This document shows, piece by piece, positions 1-11,691 of a stretch of DNA of 62,637 bases. Both the position numbers and the translations under genes were made by a program. This stretch comes from Candidatus Nanopelagicales bacterium. GTDB taxonomy: Bacteria; Actinomycetota; Actinomycetes; S36-B12. Below the pieces are notes generated by a model. That model was not told the origin of the DNA, did not search any database, and worked only from the letters and a program-made list of their open reading frames with translations. The stretch covers positions 1 to 62,637 of the forward strand of contig JALRGY010000002.1 of NCBI GenBank assembly GCA_023253325.1, read 5' to 3'. Position 1 is the first letter of the stretch. Each line of letters starts with the position of its first letter.

Positions 1-56
1 CATCCAAGACGGGTGAAAGCGCGCGAATTTTTTTGTGCACCTGAGACACTGTTGCC

Positions 57-1283
57 ATGAATACGGGAGTGGCGTTTATCGCGCACGTGAACAGCGCTGC
101 GTCGAGTGAAGCCTTTTCCACTCTATTCCTCGAGTTCGGTTCAATGTTGTTGGTCCTCGGTCTACTCGCCATGCTCGCTCGGAAATTGGACATCTCTGCG
201 ATTCCGTTCTACCTCATAGCTGGATTAATTCTCGGTCAAGGCGGATTCAATGTCATTGATCAAAGCAATAGCTTGGTACCGACATTGGCCGAGCTGGGTG
301 TCATTTTGTTGCTCCTACTCCTTGGTCTGGAGTACTCCGGGCGCGAACTCGTTGACACCGCTCGTGCTCAAAGCAAGTCGGGCGTAATTGATCTAATTGC
401 CAACTTCACACCGGGCGCACTCTTTGGATTCCTGCTCGGATGGGGACTTCCGGGTGTTTTCGCACTCGGTGGCGTTACCTACATTTCGTCCTCGGGAATT
501 GTCTCGCAGGTCGTGCGTGACCTTCGCTGGCGCAGAAACCCTGAAACGAAACCAGTTGTGAGTGTCTTGGTCTTAGAAGACCTTGTCATGGCACCCTATT
601 TGCCCGTACTCACCGTTATTCTGACTGGAACAGGGCTTGTCACCGGTCTGATCAGCGTTGGAGTTGCACTCATTGTTGTGGCAATAGTCATTTTGATTTC
701 TATCAAACGTTCCAACGCAATTCAGCGACTTTTCAACGCGAGTGAACCTGTTGGTTTGCTGTTGGTGGTGTTCGGCGCTGCGGTGGCGGTTGGCGGTTTG
801 GCAGGGCTTTTTGAATTCTCGCCACCGGTCGCTGCATTCCTTGTTGGACTGTTGCTCACGGGAGAAATCGCTGAGGTGGCCCGAAGGCGCCTTGACCCAC
901 TGCGTGAACTCTTTGCCGCCATCTTTTTTGTGTACTTCGGCCTGAACACCGATGTCAGTGAAATCCCCAGCATGCTGCTGCCCGCAGCCATCTTGGCCAT
1001 CGTCACAATCGCCACGAAATTCCTCACCGGCTGGTTTGCCGCTAAAACGGTGTCAAAATCGACCATCTCCCGTTTGCGGGCCGGTGCCTTGCTCAGTTCA
1101 CGGGGTGAATTCAGCGTGATCATCGCCGGACTTGCCGCCACAAGCACCTTGCTTCCATCCAGTTTTCAAGCTTTGGTGGCCGGATACATTCTCCTCACCG
1201 CCACCGCCGGACCGATTCTCGCTCGCTTTGCTGAAGGGGTTGGCTGGTGGTGGGACCAAAGACCAAGGGTCGTACCCTCGTAA
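57..1283 (+). CDS. cation:proton antiporter (CPA2/Kef-like membrane domain)
   Basis: 408-aa ORF, hydrophobic throughout with many predicted TM helices. Gly/Leu-rich motifs typical of Na+/H+ exchanger family proteins (LGVILLLLLLGLEYS, SSRGEFS). Confidence 0.75.
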   Translation: MNTGVAFIAHVNSAASSEAFSTLFLEFGSMLLVLGLLAMLARKLDISAIPFYLIAGLILGQGGFNVIDQSNSLVPTLAELGVILLLLLLGLEYSGRELVDTARAQSKSGVIDLIANFTPGALFGFLLGWGLPGVFALGGVTYISSSGIVSQVVRDLRWRRNPETKPVVSVLVLEDLVMAPYLPVLTVILTGTGLVTGLISVGVALIVVAIVILISIKRSNAIQRLFNASEPVGLLLVVFGAAVAVGGLAGLFEFSPPVAAFLVGLLLTGEIAEVARRRLDPLRELFAAIFFVYFGLNTDVSEIPSMLLPAAILAIVTIATKFLTGWFAAKTVSKSTISRLRAGALLSSRGEFSVIIAGLAATSTLLPSSFQALVAGYILLTATAGPILARFAEGVGWWWDQRPRVVPS

Positions 1284-1294
1284 TTGTGAAAACA

Positions 1295-1906
1295 ATGGTG
1301 AAATCCAGTGTCTTGGCCGTTGCCACAATGTTGCTTTTCTTCGCAACCCCTGCCGCAATTCACGCCCATGCTGAACTCACTTCGAGCAACCCTGCCGACG
1401 GTAGTGCCCTGACACAAGCCCCGGAAACTATTGAATTGGCTTTCAGCGAGGATCTCCTGGTTGACACCGTTGAAATTGCGGTGACAAATTCCGATGAAGA
1501 ACTGGTGGACAACATTGTCGTTTCAACAGAGCGCAACACCGTGACCACCATCTGGCCCGCAGATCTCCCCGGCGGCCAATACCGAGTGGCTTATCGCGTG
1601 GTGAGCAACGATGGCCACCCCATCACTGGCGTTATTAATTTTGAATACCCCGAAACTGTTGTTGTTGAGCAATCAGCTGCGCCAGAGGCGACGCAGGAAG
1701 AAGTAGTGTCCGAGACAGAGACTGTTGTTGCGGAACCCATCTCAGATGAGTCCATCGCGGAGGAACCCACTGCAGCAGAACCTGCTCAGGACAAGACGTC
1801 CCCGGGAATTTCACCTATTTGGCTCATCATTATTGGCCTTGGCATCGGTGCCATCATCGGATTTGTCATGCTCAAACGCGGTGCATCACGAGCATCAAAG
1901 AATTGA
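1295..1906 (+). CDS. copC: CopC-domain copper resistance protein, secreted with C-terminal membrane anchor
   Basis: Signal peptide followed by HAELTSSNPADGSAL...IELAFSE, the typical mature N-terminus of CopC/YobA. Acidic linker and a C-terminal TM helix. The ORF-track start at 1247 overlaps the antiporter, so the ATG at 1295 is preferred. Confidence 0.8.
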   Translation: MVKSSVLAVATMLLFFATPAAIHAHAELTSSNPADGSALTQAPETIELAFSEDLLVDTVEIAVTNSDEELVDNIVVSTERNTVTTIWPADLPGGQYRVAYRVVSNDGHPITGVINFEYPETVVVEQSAAPEATQEEVVSETETVVAEPISDESIAEEPTAAEPAQDKTSPGISPIWLIIIGLGIGAIIGFVMLKRGASRASKN

Positions 1907-1913
1907 TTGCCCG

Positions 1914-3920
1914 ATGAAGGTCACCGTGAGCGCTGGAAAGGAAACTTCCCAAGCGCGCATTTCACTCGTTGGTGCGCTATTGGTTTTCTTGGCCGTAAGC
2001 ACAACCGCCCTCGGACTTGTAATTACCGGTGGCGCCTATGCACCCGCACCCGTTGGAATCTCGGATCCCGGACCTCTTGTGGTGTGGGGATCGGTTCTTT
2101 TGAGGGTGCTGACAGACATTGCAGCAGTAACAACTATCGGGTTTCTCATCGCTGCTGCATTCTTGGATCCCTCGGGTAAAGACGGTGTGCTCTCGCCCGC
2201 TGGACGCAAAGATGTCATTCGCGCAACCAAATCCGCTGTTGCGTGGATGGTCCTTGCATTGGCCCAGACCATCTTCTTGCTCGCCAACGTGCTCAGCTTG
2301 TCTCTCACCCAAACACTTAATCCCACCGTTATTAGTACCTATGTCAATGAAGTTCCCGCAACGCGGGCGCTAATTGCTACCGCAATTGTTGCGCTTGTTA
2401 TTGCTCTCGGGGGTTACGTAACGGCAACGACAGGGGTAAGCGCCGCTTGGCTGGCGCTGGCTTTGATTACTGCCTCTCTACCTGCACTCGCGGGACATGG
2501 TTCCGGATTTGGTGATCATGCTTTGGCACTCACCGCAGGCGTCGCACATGTCATCGCTGCAACGTTGTGGGTTGGTGGCGTCTTCGTACTTATTCTTCAC
2601 GCGCTGCGCAGAGACATCCCAATCCAAAGGTCTCTGCAGCGCTTCTCACCGATAGCACTCACCGCCATTGCGCTGCTCGCAATCAGCGGAGTGACCAACG
2701 CCTACACTCGATTGAATTCCGCCTCAGAGCTTTTCACAACCGGCTACGGACAAGTGATCACCATGAAGGTGACCCTGATTATTGCACTAGGAATCATCGG
2801 CTGGCTCCTACGTCAAAGGGTTATCCCTCAATTAAACAGGCTATCGCGCTCGGTTATTTTCGTGCGGACCGCTCTCGTCGAATTGATCATCATGGTGATG
2901 GCAATGAGTCTTGGGGTGGCTCTGGCGGCAAGCCCCTACCCTCGAATCGAAACACAACTACCCAGCTACGGCGAATCGCTTCTTGGATACCTCTATCCAG
3001 AGCCACCAACATTCGAGCGAATCGCCTTCGGATTCCAACTTGAACCATTCTTCCTTGTTGGCTCACTAATTGCCGCATCACTTTATGCAGTCGGATACGC
3101 GCGACTTCGCGCCCGAGGCGATGCGTGGCCCATTATGCGTTTGGTTTCATGGATGGCAGGCATTGCTGTCGTCATCTGGTGCACAAACTCGGGCATCGCA
3201 CTTTACTCACAAGTTTCTGTCGGTTTACATATGACACAACACATGACACTGACCATGCTTGGGCCCATTTTTCTCGTCATGGGAGCTCCAGCCACACTTG
3301 CACTGAGAGCACTTAAGCCGTCCACCACCAATGAGCGTGGGCCGCGGGAGTGGGTTGTTTGGTTCTTGCACAGCCCCATTAACAGAGTTCTCACAAACCC
3401 GTTCTATGTTTTCATCGTTTATGTGATTGGCCTTTATGGGCTCTATTTGACGCCAGCATTTGGGTGGCTGATGGGTAGCCACGTGGGCCACATCATTATG
3501 CAACTCCACTTCGTTACCGCGGGCTACCTTTTCTACTGGGTTCTTATTGGAATTGACCCCAGGCCGAGTCCGCTTCCCTACTGGGGTCGCATCCTGTTAC
3601 TGCTGATGTCACTTGGTGTGCACGCATTCTTCGCCGTCATTCTGATGATGGGAACAACGCCGATGGCGGTGGAGTGGTACGGGATTGTGCGACCAGACTG
3701 GGTGACAGACCCTTTGCAAGACACTCTTTTCGGTGGCCAAGTTGCCTGGGGTTTGTCTGAAATTCCTGCCTTGATTGTCTTAATCGTGATCATGGTCCAG
3801 TGGTCGCGCAGTGATGACAGGGAGGCCGTGCGCAAAGACCGTCAGGCTGACCGTGATGGAGATGCCGAACTCAACGCCTACAACGAACGCCTTGCCAGTA
3901 TGAATAAGCGCTCCGGTTAA
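1914..3920 (+). CDS. CopD-family copper resistance membrane protein fused to a cytochrome c oxidase assembly factor CtaG-like domain
   Basis: Polytopic membrane protein directly downstream of copC. The N-terminal half resembles CopD and the C-terminal half resembles caa3-type CtaG (His-rich helices HMTQHMTLTML, HVGHIIMQLHF). The ATG at 1914 lies just after the copC stop; the upstream part of the track ORF (from 1725) overlaps copC. Confidence 0.7.
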   Translation: MKVTVSAGKETSQARISLVGALLVFLAVSTTALGLVITGGAYAPAPVGISDPGPLVVWGSVLLRVLTDIAAVTTIGFLIAAAFLDPSGKDGVLSPAGRKDVIRATKSAVAWMVLALAQTIFLLANVLSLSLTQTLNPTVISTYVNEVPATRALIATAIVALVIALGGYVTATTGVSAAWLALALITASLPALAGHGSGFGDHALALTAGVAHVIAATLWVGGVFVLILHALRRDIPIQRSLQRFSPIALTAIALLAISGVTNAYTRLNSASELFTTGYGQVITMKVTLIIALGIIGWLLRQRVIPQLNRLSRSVIFVRTALVELIIMVMAMSLGVALAASPYPRIETQLPSYGESLLGYLYPEPPTFERIAFGFQLEPFFLVGSLIAASLYAVGYARLRARGDAWPIMRLVSWMAGIAVVIWCTNSGIALYSQVSVGLHMTQHMTLTMLGPIFLVMGAPATLALRALKPSTTNERGPREWVVWFLHSPINRVLTNPFYVFIVYVIGLYGLYLTPAFGWLMGSHVGHIIMQLHFVTAGYLFYWVLIGIDPRPSPLPYWGRILLLLMSLGVHAFFAVILMMGTTPMAVEWYGIVRPDWVTDPLQDTLFGGQVAWGLSEIPALIVLIVIMVQWSRSDDREAVRKDRQADRDGDAELNAYNERLASMNKRSG

Positions 3921-3967
3921 GGCAGCCCCTTACCGATTCATTCGGTGTTTGTTATACCCTAGGGGGT

Positions 3968-4414
3968 ATGAAAATGTCCGCGATTGGTGCCGCGCTGGCG
4001 GCCACAGCACTCGTCCTTACCGGTTGTTCAAACTCTACCGAGGCATCAGAGTCTGTAGCTGGTCCAGATACCTCGGTAATTGTTGAGCAACCAGCAACCC
4101 CTGAGCGCGTTGGCCCGGAAATGTTCGCCAATGTCGTTACAACACCGGGCATCCAGATCATTGACGTCCGGTCACCCGAGGAGTTTGCTCAAGGTCATAT
4201 CGAGGGCGCTGTTAACTACAACGTTCAAGGCCCGGACTTCGCTGCTCAGATCTCAGCACTTGACCCTGCGGGCACTTACGCCGTCTATTGCCGGAGCGGA
4301 AATCGCTCTCAGCCAGCAGTTGCTGCCATGTCGGGTATCGGTATCAATGGAATCTTTGAACTCGAATCAGGAATTGTTGGTTGGGAAGATGCAGGGTTTC
4401 CTGTAGTTTCCTAG
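3968..4414 (+). CDS. rhodanese-like sulfurtransferase lipoprotein
   Basis: Lipobox LTGCS, then a single rhodanese domain with active-site loop CRSGNRS. The second ATG at 3974 is an alternative start with better spacing to the AGGGGG Shine-Dalgarno. Confidence 0.8.
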   Translation: MKMSAIGAALAATALVLTGCSNSTEASESVAGPDTSVIVEQPATPERVGPEMFANVVTTPGIQIIDVRSPEEFAQGHIEGAVNYNVQGPDFAAQISALDPAGTYAVYCRSGNRSQPAVAAMSGIGINGIFELESGIVGWEDAGFPVVS

Positions 4415-4416
4415 GT

Positions 4417-5172
4417 GTGAACTTTCAAAGACAACAATGGTGGACAAAGTTTTTGTCCACCATTGCCATCTTCATTCTCACCGCAACGCTTTTGCCAACA
4501 GGCGCTAAGGCGCAACCTGCAATCCCGCGATCCGTCCTGGATTCCCAGGGTTCTGAACAAGTTGTACTGGTCCAGGCTCCGCGTTGGAGTTCAACGGAAT
4601 CAACCCTGAGGGCATTCGAAAAACGTGGAAAAAACTGGGTTGAGATCATACCCACTGTTCAGGCAAAACTCGGATATGGCGGCCTAGTTCCAGGCAACAA
4701 AAGGATCCAAGGTACCGGGAAAACCCCAACCGGAACCTACAGTCTCGTCTCAGCATTTGGCACCAAAAGGAATCCGAATGGCAAAATCCCCTACACAAAA
4801 GTGAGTGAGTACGACGCGTGGACCTACAACCCCAAGGTGCCGAGTACCTATAACATTTTTCAAACGGCCAAGAAGTCTTGGAATGGCTACGGAAACTTTG
4901 TGGAACGCCTGAATTACTTCGGAGTCCAATATAACTATTCATTGGTGCTGGATTTCAACCTACCCGCAGGGAAAATTTCGACAGGTGCCAATGGGATCCA
5001 CCGAACGAACAAGCCAGCGAATACTCAACTCGGTGGTGGAATTTTTCTGCACGTGACAAATGGTAAAGAGACAGCTGGGTGCATCGCGGTCAAACAATCG
5101 GTCATGAAAGATCTCCTTCAGTGGCTCGACCCAGCTCTTAATCCGTCGATCATCATCGAGGTCACCTCCTAA
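4417..5172 (+). CDS. L,D-transpeptidase (YkuD) family secreted protein
   Basis: Signal peptide, then a C-terminal GGGIFLHV...ETAGCIAV motif resembling the His/Cys catalytic region of YkuD-fold L,D-transpeptidases. Start is uncertain: GTG at 4417 versus the track start at 4381, which overlaps the rhodanese gene. Confidence 0.6.
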   Translation: MNFQRQQWWTKFLSTIAIFILTATLLPTGAKAQPAIPRSVLDSQGSEQVVLVQAPRWSSTESTLRAFEKRGKNWVEIIPTVQAKLGYGGLVPGNKRIQGTGKTPTGTYSLVSAFGTKRNPNGKIPYTKVSEYDAWTYNPKVPSTYNIFQTAKKSWNGYGNFVERLNYFGVQYNYSLVLDFNLPAGKISTGANGIHRTNKPANTQLGGGIFLHVTNGKETAGCIAVKQSVMKDLLQWLDPALNPSIIIEVTS

Positions 5173-5277
5173 TTCTTCTCCCTCAAACCAACAGTAAGTT
5201 CACAGATTCGACTCAGGTATTTCCCAGACTCACAGTAAAGAGTGCGGTCAACAGGAAAAACTACTTGAGGAGTCAAC

Positions 5278-6444
5278 ATGAAAAAAATGATCAAAGGGGT
5301 AGTGCTCACCGGCGCAACGGTCTCACTACTTGCAGCAGGAATGGCAACAGCAAGTGCAGGACCGAATTCAGGTGCGAGTCAGGGTGTACAGACTCGGGCC
5401 GGTGCCGGAAACAGTTTTGCCGTCACCTGCGATTTTAGCCACGCCGGTCGCGTCGACCCCGTCGTCATGCCCGGTATGGCAATGATGAGTCATCTCCATC
5501 AATTCTTTGGCAACACCACAACAAATGAGAACTCAACAGGTGCATCTCTACTCTCCGGCGGAACTACCTGCAGCGACCAGAACGATCTCTCTGCTTACTG
5601 GTTCCCCGCTCTCTACCAGGACGATGTGCTCGTCGAGCCAACAACACTGCGCGCTCGCTATGCGCGACTTGGGGGCAATGTCACTGCATTTCCACAAGGA
5701 TTTATGGCCGTTACGGGCCGTTCAGACTCAACAGCACGCTGGGGCTGCAACTCGGGTGGTCGAACGACCTTCAGTTCAACACTCTCAGATGTCCCCACGT
5801 GTGAGGGCGGATCTCGCCTCGTGGCAGAGGTAAAATTTGGAGACTGCTGGGATGGGACCAGCCTAGACAGCGCTGACCATGCCTCGCACCTCGTTGCATC
5901 AACTAACGGAGCCAGCGGACGTCCTGAGTGCCCATCAACTCACCCGGTTCATGTACCCGAGGTCACCCTTCAGGCCCAGTACCCCGCCGCCGCCACAGGT
6001 GGCGCCGGTGTGACCCTTGCTAGCGGTGGTCCCACAACTTTGCACGCGGACATATTCGAAGCTTGGGCCGGTAACAGCCTGCAAAACCGTGTTGGCCGTG
6101 TCCAAGCAACTGGCGCTAACCGTGGACCACGGCAACAGGACGCGGGCTCAGCCACAAATGGAAATGCAAACGGTCAAAACCGTCCCAATGCACGTGACAA
6201 CGGCAACCAAGGCAATGTGAACGGACAACAGGGTCGCGGGGGAAATCGTGGACCTCGCCAAAATAACAATGTTGGTGCGAACAATGTTGGTGCGAACAAT
6301 CCTGGTGCCAACAATGCTGGAATCAACGGTCGAGTTGGCACAGCAGAAAATGCGCAAGGCGCAAAGGACTGCAACAAGGATGACGCCGGTTCAACCACAA
6401 CACCTACGCCTTCAACTCCGGTACCAGCACCCCTGCCCTCCTAG
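5278..6444 (+). CDS. secreted DUF1996-domain protein with Asn/Gly-rich low-complexity tail
   Basis: Signal peptide. DPVVMPGMAMMSHLHQFFGN motif and the cysteine pattern typical of DUF1996. The C-terminal roughly 110 aa are N/G/Q/R-rich, with a 15-bp tandem repeat in the DNA. Confidence 0.6.
   Translation: MKKMIKGVVLTGATVSLLAAGMATASAGPNSGASQGVQTRAGAGNSFAVTCDFSHAGRVDPVVMPGMAMMSHLHQFFGNTTTNENSTGASLLSGGTTCSDQNDLSAYWFPALYQDDVLVEPTTLRARYARLGGNVTAFPQGFMAVTGRSDSTARWGCNSGGRTTFSSTLSDVPTCEGGSRLVAEVKFGDCWDGTSLDSADHASHLVASTNGASGRPECPSTHPVHVPEVTLQAQYPAAATGGAGVTLASGGPTTLHADIFEAWAGNSLQNRVGRVQATGANRGPRQQDAGSATNGNANGQNRPNARDNGNQGNVNGQQGRGGNRGPRQNNNVGANNVGANNPGANNAGINGRVGTAENAQGAKDCNKDDAGSTTTPTPSTPVPAPLPS
6265..6324 (+). 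repeat. four tandem 15-bp units (AACAATGTTGGTGCG-like) inside the DUF1996 gene, encoding NNVGA/NNPGA/NNAGI
   Basis: Read directly: aacaatgttggtgcg aacaatgttggtgcg aacaatcctggtgcc aacaatgctggaatc. Confidence 0.85.
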
Positions 6445-6508
6445 GAGTTGCTTCTATTGAGTGTCGAGAGACCGGTAGTTGGTGCCATTGGCATCATCTG
6501 CCGGTTTC

Positions 6509-7309
6509 TCATTTATCAGGCTGTTTTACCTGGTAATCAACAACATCATCGTGGGCAGGAAATTCCTCACGCCATTGGGCGGCCAGATCCGGATCAATGT
6601 CAACCGTCAAGACTTCTTCACCGTCGTCACCAAAAACACGGGTGACACCCAAGGGGTCGATGATTGCCGAGTTCCCTCCCAATACATGTGAACCTTGGGT
6701 TCCGACTTGGTTACCCGCTATCACCCACGCTTGATTCTCCACGGCTCTCGCCGGCAACAACGAATTCCATTGACCAATTCGCGCGGTTGGCCAACCAGAG
6801 GGGATGAGAAAAACTTGGGCACCGGCGTCCCGCATCCTCCGAAACATTTCAGGAAATCTTGTGTCATAACAGGTGGCCAGACCTGTTAGTCCCAATGGCG
6901 TCTCGACCACAACATACTCTTCACCTGGAGTCATGGTGTCCTGCTCACGAGCGTATGTGAACACATGAACTTTTCGGTACTTCGCAACTAAATCACCCGA
7001 AGCATTGAAAAGTACGCTCGTGTTGAACAGTGAGTCTCCATCTCTTTCACAGAAGGAGCCACCGTGAATCCACATTCGATGCTCACGTGCTTTTGCTGCA
7101 AGCGCCGCAGGCAGGGGTCCGTCTATTTCCTGCGCATGCAATTTACAGGAGGCAAGATCAAAGGCTCCCGTATTCCACAGCTCCGGTAGCAGGACGAAAT
7201 CCGACCGCTCAGAAAGGTCATCGAGTAAAGTCATAACTCTCTCAACACGGGCGTCCACAGATTCCACCGTTGAGCAGTTCAACTGCACAATGCTTGTTCG
7301 TACGCTCAT
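6509..7309 (-). CDS. carbon-nitrogen hydrolase family protein (nitrilase/amidase superfamily)
   Basis: Glu-Lys-Cys signature context: LLPELW (Glu), KYRKVH (Lys), ATCYDTRFPE (Cys). Length of 266 aa is typical. Confidence 0.8.
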   Translation of the reverse strand: MSVRTSIVQLNCSTVESVDARVERVMTLLDDLSERSDFVLLPELWNTGAFDLASCKLHAQEIDGPLPAALAAKAREHRMWIHGGSFCERDGDSLFNTSVLFNASGDLVAKYRKVHVFTYAREQDTMTPGEEYVVVETPLGLTGLATCYDTRFPEMFRRMRDAGAQVFLIPSGWPTARIGQWNSLLPARAVENQAWVIAGNQVGTQGSHVLGGNSAIIDPLGVTRVFGDDGEEVLTVDIDPDLAAQWREEFPAHDDVVDYQVKQPDK

Positions 7310-7360
7310 GTCTTTAGCCTAATGCCTGAATATCGTCTCGAGATGCGACACAATTTTCAC

Positions 7361-8203
7361 ATGACGATTGATTTGAAAGATATTCACTCCCAAGCCGACC
7401 CCATCACCACTTATCAAGAAGCAATGACTGACGTTATTGAGCTACTTGGGGGTGTAACCCCAAGCCAGTGGGAGTCCCCCACTCCCTGCCCCGGTTGGAC
7501 GGTCGCAGACATTGCTGCCCATTTGATCGACCTCGACGCCATGGTTGTCAATGGGACTGCTGTTGATCACGAACCATCATGGGATTCGTTACCTCATGTA
7601 AAAAGTGAGAGCAGTAAATTCACTGAACGCGGGGTTGACTTTAGACGAGGAACATCATCAACAGACCTGCTCGAGCAATTGACTTCAACTTCACAAGAAC
7701 TTATTAAACATATTCAATTGCATGGATTGGAATTTCAAGTCCCTTGGGTGAAAGGCGAACTCTCCGTCGATCAATTCCTCTCCCTGCGAACGTTCGATAT
7801 CTGGGTACATGAGCAAGACATAAGATCCGCACTTGGTGTACCCGGAAATCTTGGGGGCAATCCGGCGCGCACTTCAGCTCAACGAATGATCAGCGCTTTG
7901 CCGCTCATTTGGGGCAAAAAGGTTGGAGCGCATCCCGGATCAATCATTACCCTTCACATAACGGGCCCGGAGATTGTCGGTGCGGCAACCATCATGATTA
8001 ACCAAGATGGGCGAGCAGTCTTCACAGAGTTGACCGAATCCGAGGTTGAGGTCGATTCAGATGTGAACTCGGTATCCATGTCATGGCCTTCTTTTAATGA
8101 TGCCTTTTGCGGCCGAGTTGAGGTCGATGCAATCGTGGCTAGCGCCAATCTGACGGGATCCCTGGCGGAGGGATTTGTTTCCCAACTACCTTCAACTCCT
8201 TAA
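7361..8203 (+). CDS. maleylpyruvate isomerase family mycothiol-dependent enzyme (DinB/MDMPI N-terminal domain)
   Basis: W-x-x-PTPCPGWTVADIAAHL motif of the TIGR03083/MDMPI_N family. The ATG at 7361 is preferred over 7322, which would leave only 12 nt to the divergent gene. Confidence 0.7.
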   Translation: MTIDLKDIHSQADPITTYQEAMTDVIELLGGVTPSQWESPTPCPGWTVADIAAHLIDLDAMVVNGTAVDHEPSWDSLPHVKSESSKFTERGVDFRRGTSSTDLLEQLTSTSQELIKHIQLHGLEFQVPWVKGELSVDQFLSLRTFDIWVHEQDIRSALGVPGNLGGNPARTSAQRMISALPLIWGKKVGAHPGSIITLHITGPEIVGAATIMINQDGRAVFTELTESEVEVDSDVNSVSMSWPSFNDAFCGRVEVDAIVASANLTGSLAEGFVSQLPSTP

Positions 8204-8276
8204 TTTGTAATTTGGCCGCACCATCGTCTCTCGAATGAATGGGCGAGTTGTTCATGTCCCGGTGCATAATGAGCAC

Positions 8277-10627
<2,351 letters not shown>

Positions 10628-10737
10628 TCAACTCAACCGGTTCCTGACCAAACCACTGACCCACCGCAAAAAGCTCGTCATGGCGGCCAGGACATTCCCA
10701 AGCGCGGTTCTGCGCGCACCTCTGTCATAGTTCGCAG

Positions 10738-11691
10738 GTGGCTACTGACGTGCGGGGGGTTTCTGGCGTACCTATCGCCACGATCATGCCCCCGCTGATC
10801 ACGCTGTGGATCGTGTGGGGCTCCACATATATGGGTGTGGCTCTGGTCGTCCAATCCATGCCCCCGTTGATAGGTGCTGGGACCCGATTCCTCGCAGCAA
10901 CCGCCCTACTGGCCATATTCGTGGCAATTTTCAAAGGCGTGGGCACATTTCGAATGTCCTGGGCGCAATTTCGTGGTGCTTCATTGCTGGGCGTGGTGAT
11001 TCTGGGCGTGGGGATCGGCATCGTTTCTCTCGCCGAGCGATACGTTCCCTCGAGCATTGCAGCTCTCGTGGTCTCAGTCATACCATTGTGGATCATCATT
11101 TTCCGAGTTCACGCCGGTGATCGCCCCTCGCGCCTGACTCTGACTGGCGTAGGCGTTGGCCTCGTTGGCCTTGCACTCATGCTCCTGCCCGGCGGTACTC
11201 AGGCAGTTGGCGACGCAAACGCAACCGAGGTTGCCCTATGGACTTTCGCAATCGCTTGCGGCAGTTTTTCTTGGGCCTTCTTTTCATGGCGGTCAACACG
11301 GTATGCGCAGCCAGACAACCCACTTGTCACGAGTGTGGTCGAAATGTTTTCTGCAGGACTGGCTCTCGTACTCGTGGGCGTGCTCATGGGTGAAAGTTGG
11401 GACTCAGCCACTATCACCGCATCCTCATGGGGCGGCTGGATTTTTCTCGTCTTTGCATCAGCCATTGCCTACTCTGCCTACGTTTGGTTAATTGGCCATG
11501 CACCCATGTCACTGGTTTCGACATACGCGTATGTGAATCCAGTGATCGCGGTGCTCCTTGGATTTTTCATCCTTAATGAGTCGATTACAACCGACGTCGT
11601 TCTAGGACTCACCATTGTTGTCGGTGGTGTTGTGTTGGTCGTCTCAGGAGAGCGACGACCAACTAAACCAGGCCGGATAAAACGTCAATAA
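10738..11691 (+). CDS. EamA/DMT-family transporter
   Basis: About 10 TM helices in a duplicated EamA-type organisation; 317 aa. Confidence 0.75.
   Translation: MATDVRGVSGVPIATIMPPLITLWIVWGSTYMGVALVVQSMPPLIGAGTRFLAATALLAIFVAIFKGVGTFRMSWAQFRGASLLGVVILGVGIGIVSLAERYVPSSIAALVVSVIPLWIIIFRVHAGDRPSRLTLTGVGVGLVGLALMLLPGGTQAVGDANATEVALWTFAIACGSFSWAFFSWRSTRYAQPDNPLVTSVVEMFSAGLALVLVGVLMGESWDSATITASSWGGWIFLVFASAIAYSAYVWLIGHAPMSLVSTYAYVNPVIAVLLGFFILNESITTDVVLGLTIVVGGVVLVVSGERRPTKPGRIKRQ

Noticed and set aside
7361-8203. Linking the mycothiol-dependent maleylpyruvate-isomerase-family gene to a gentisate branch of the island
   Set aside because: It lies more than 35 kb from the monooxygenase fusion with unrelated genes between them. 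This DinB/MDMPI N-terminal family is large and mostly not true isomerases, and no gentisate dioxygenase is seen.
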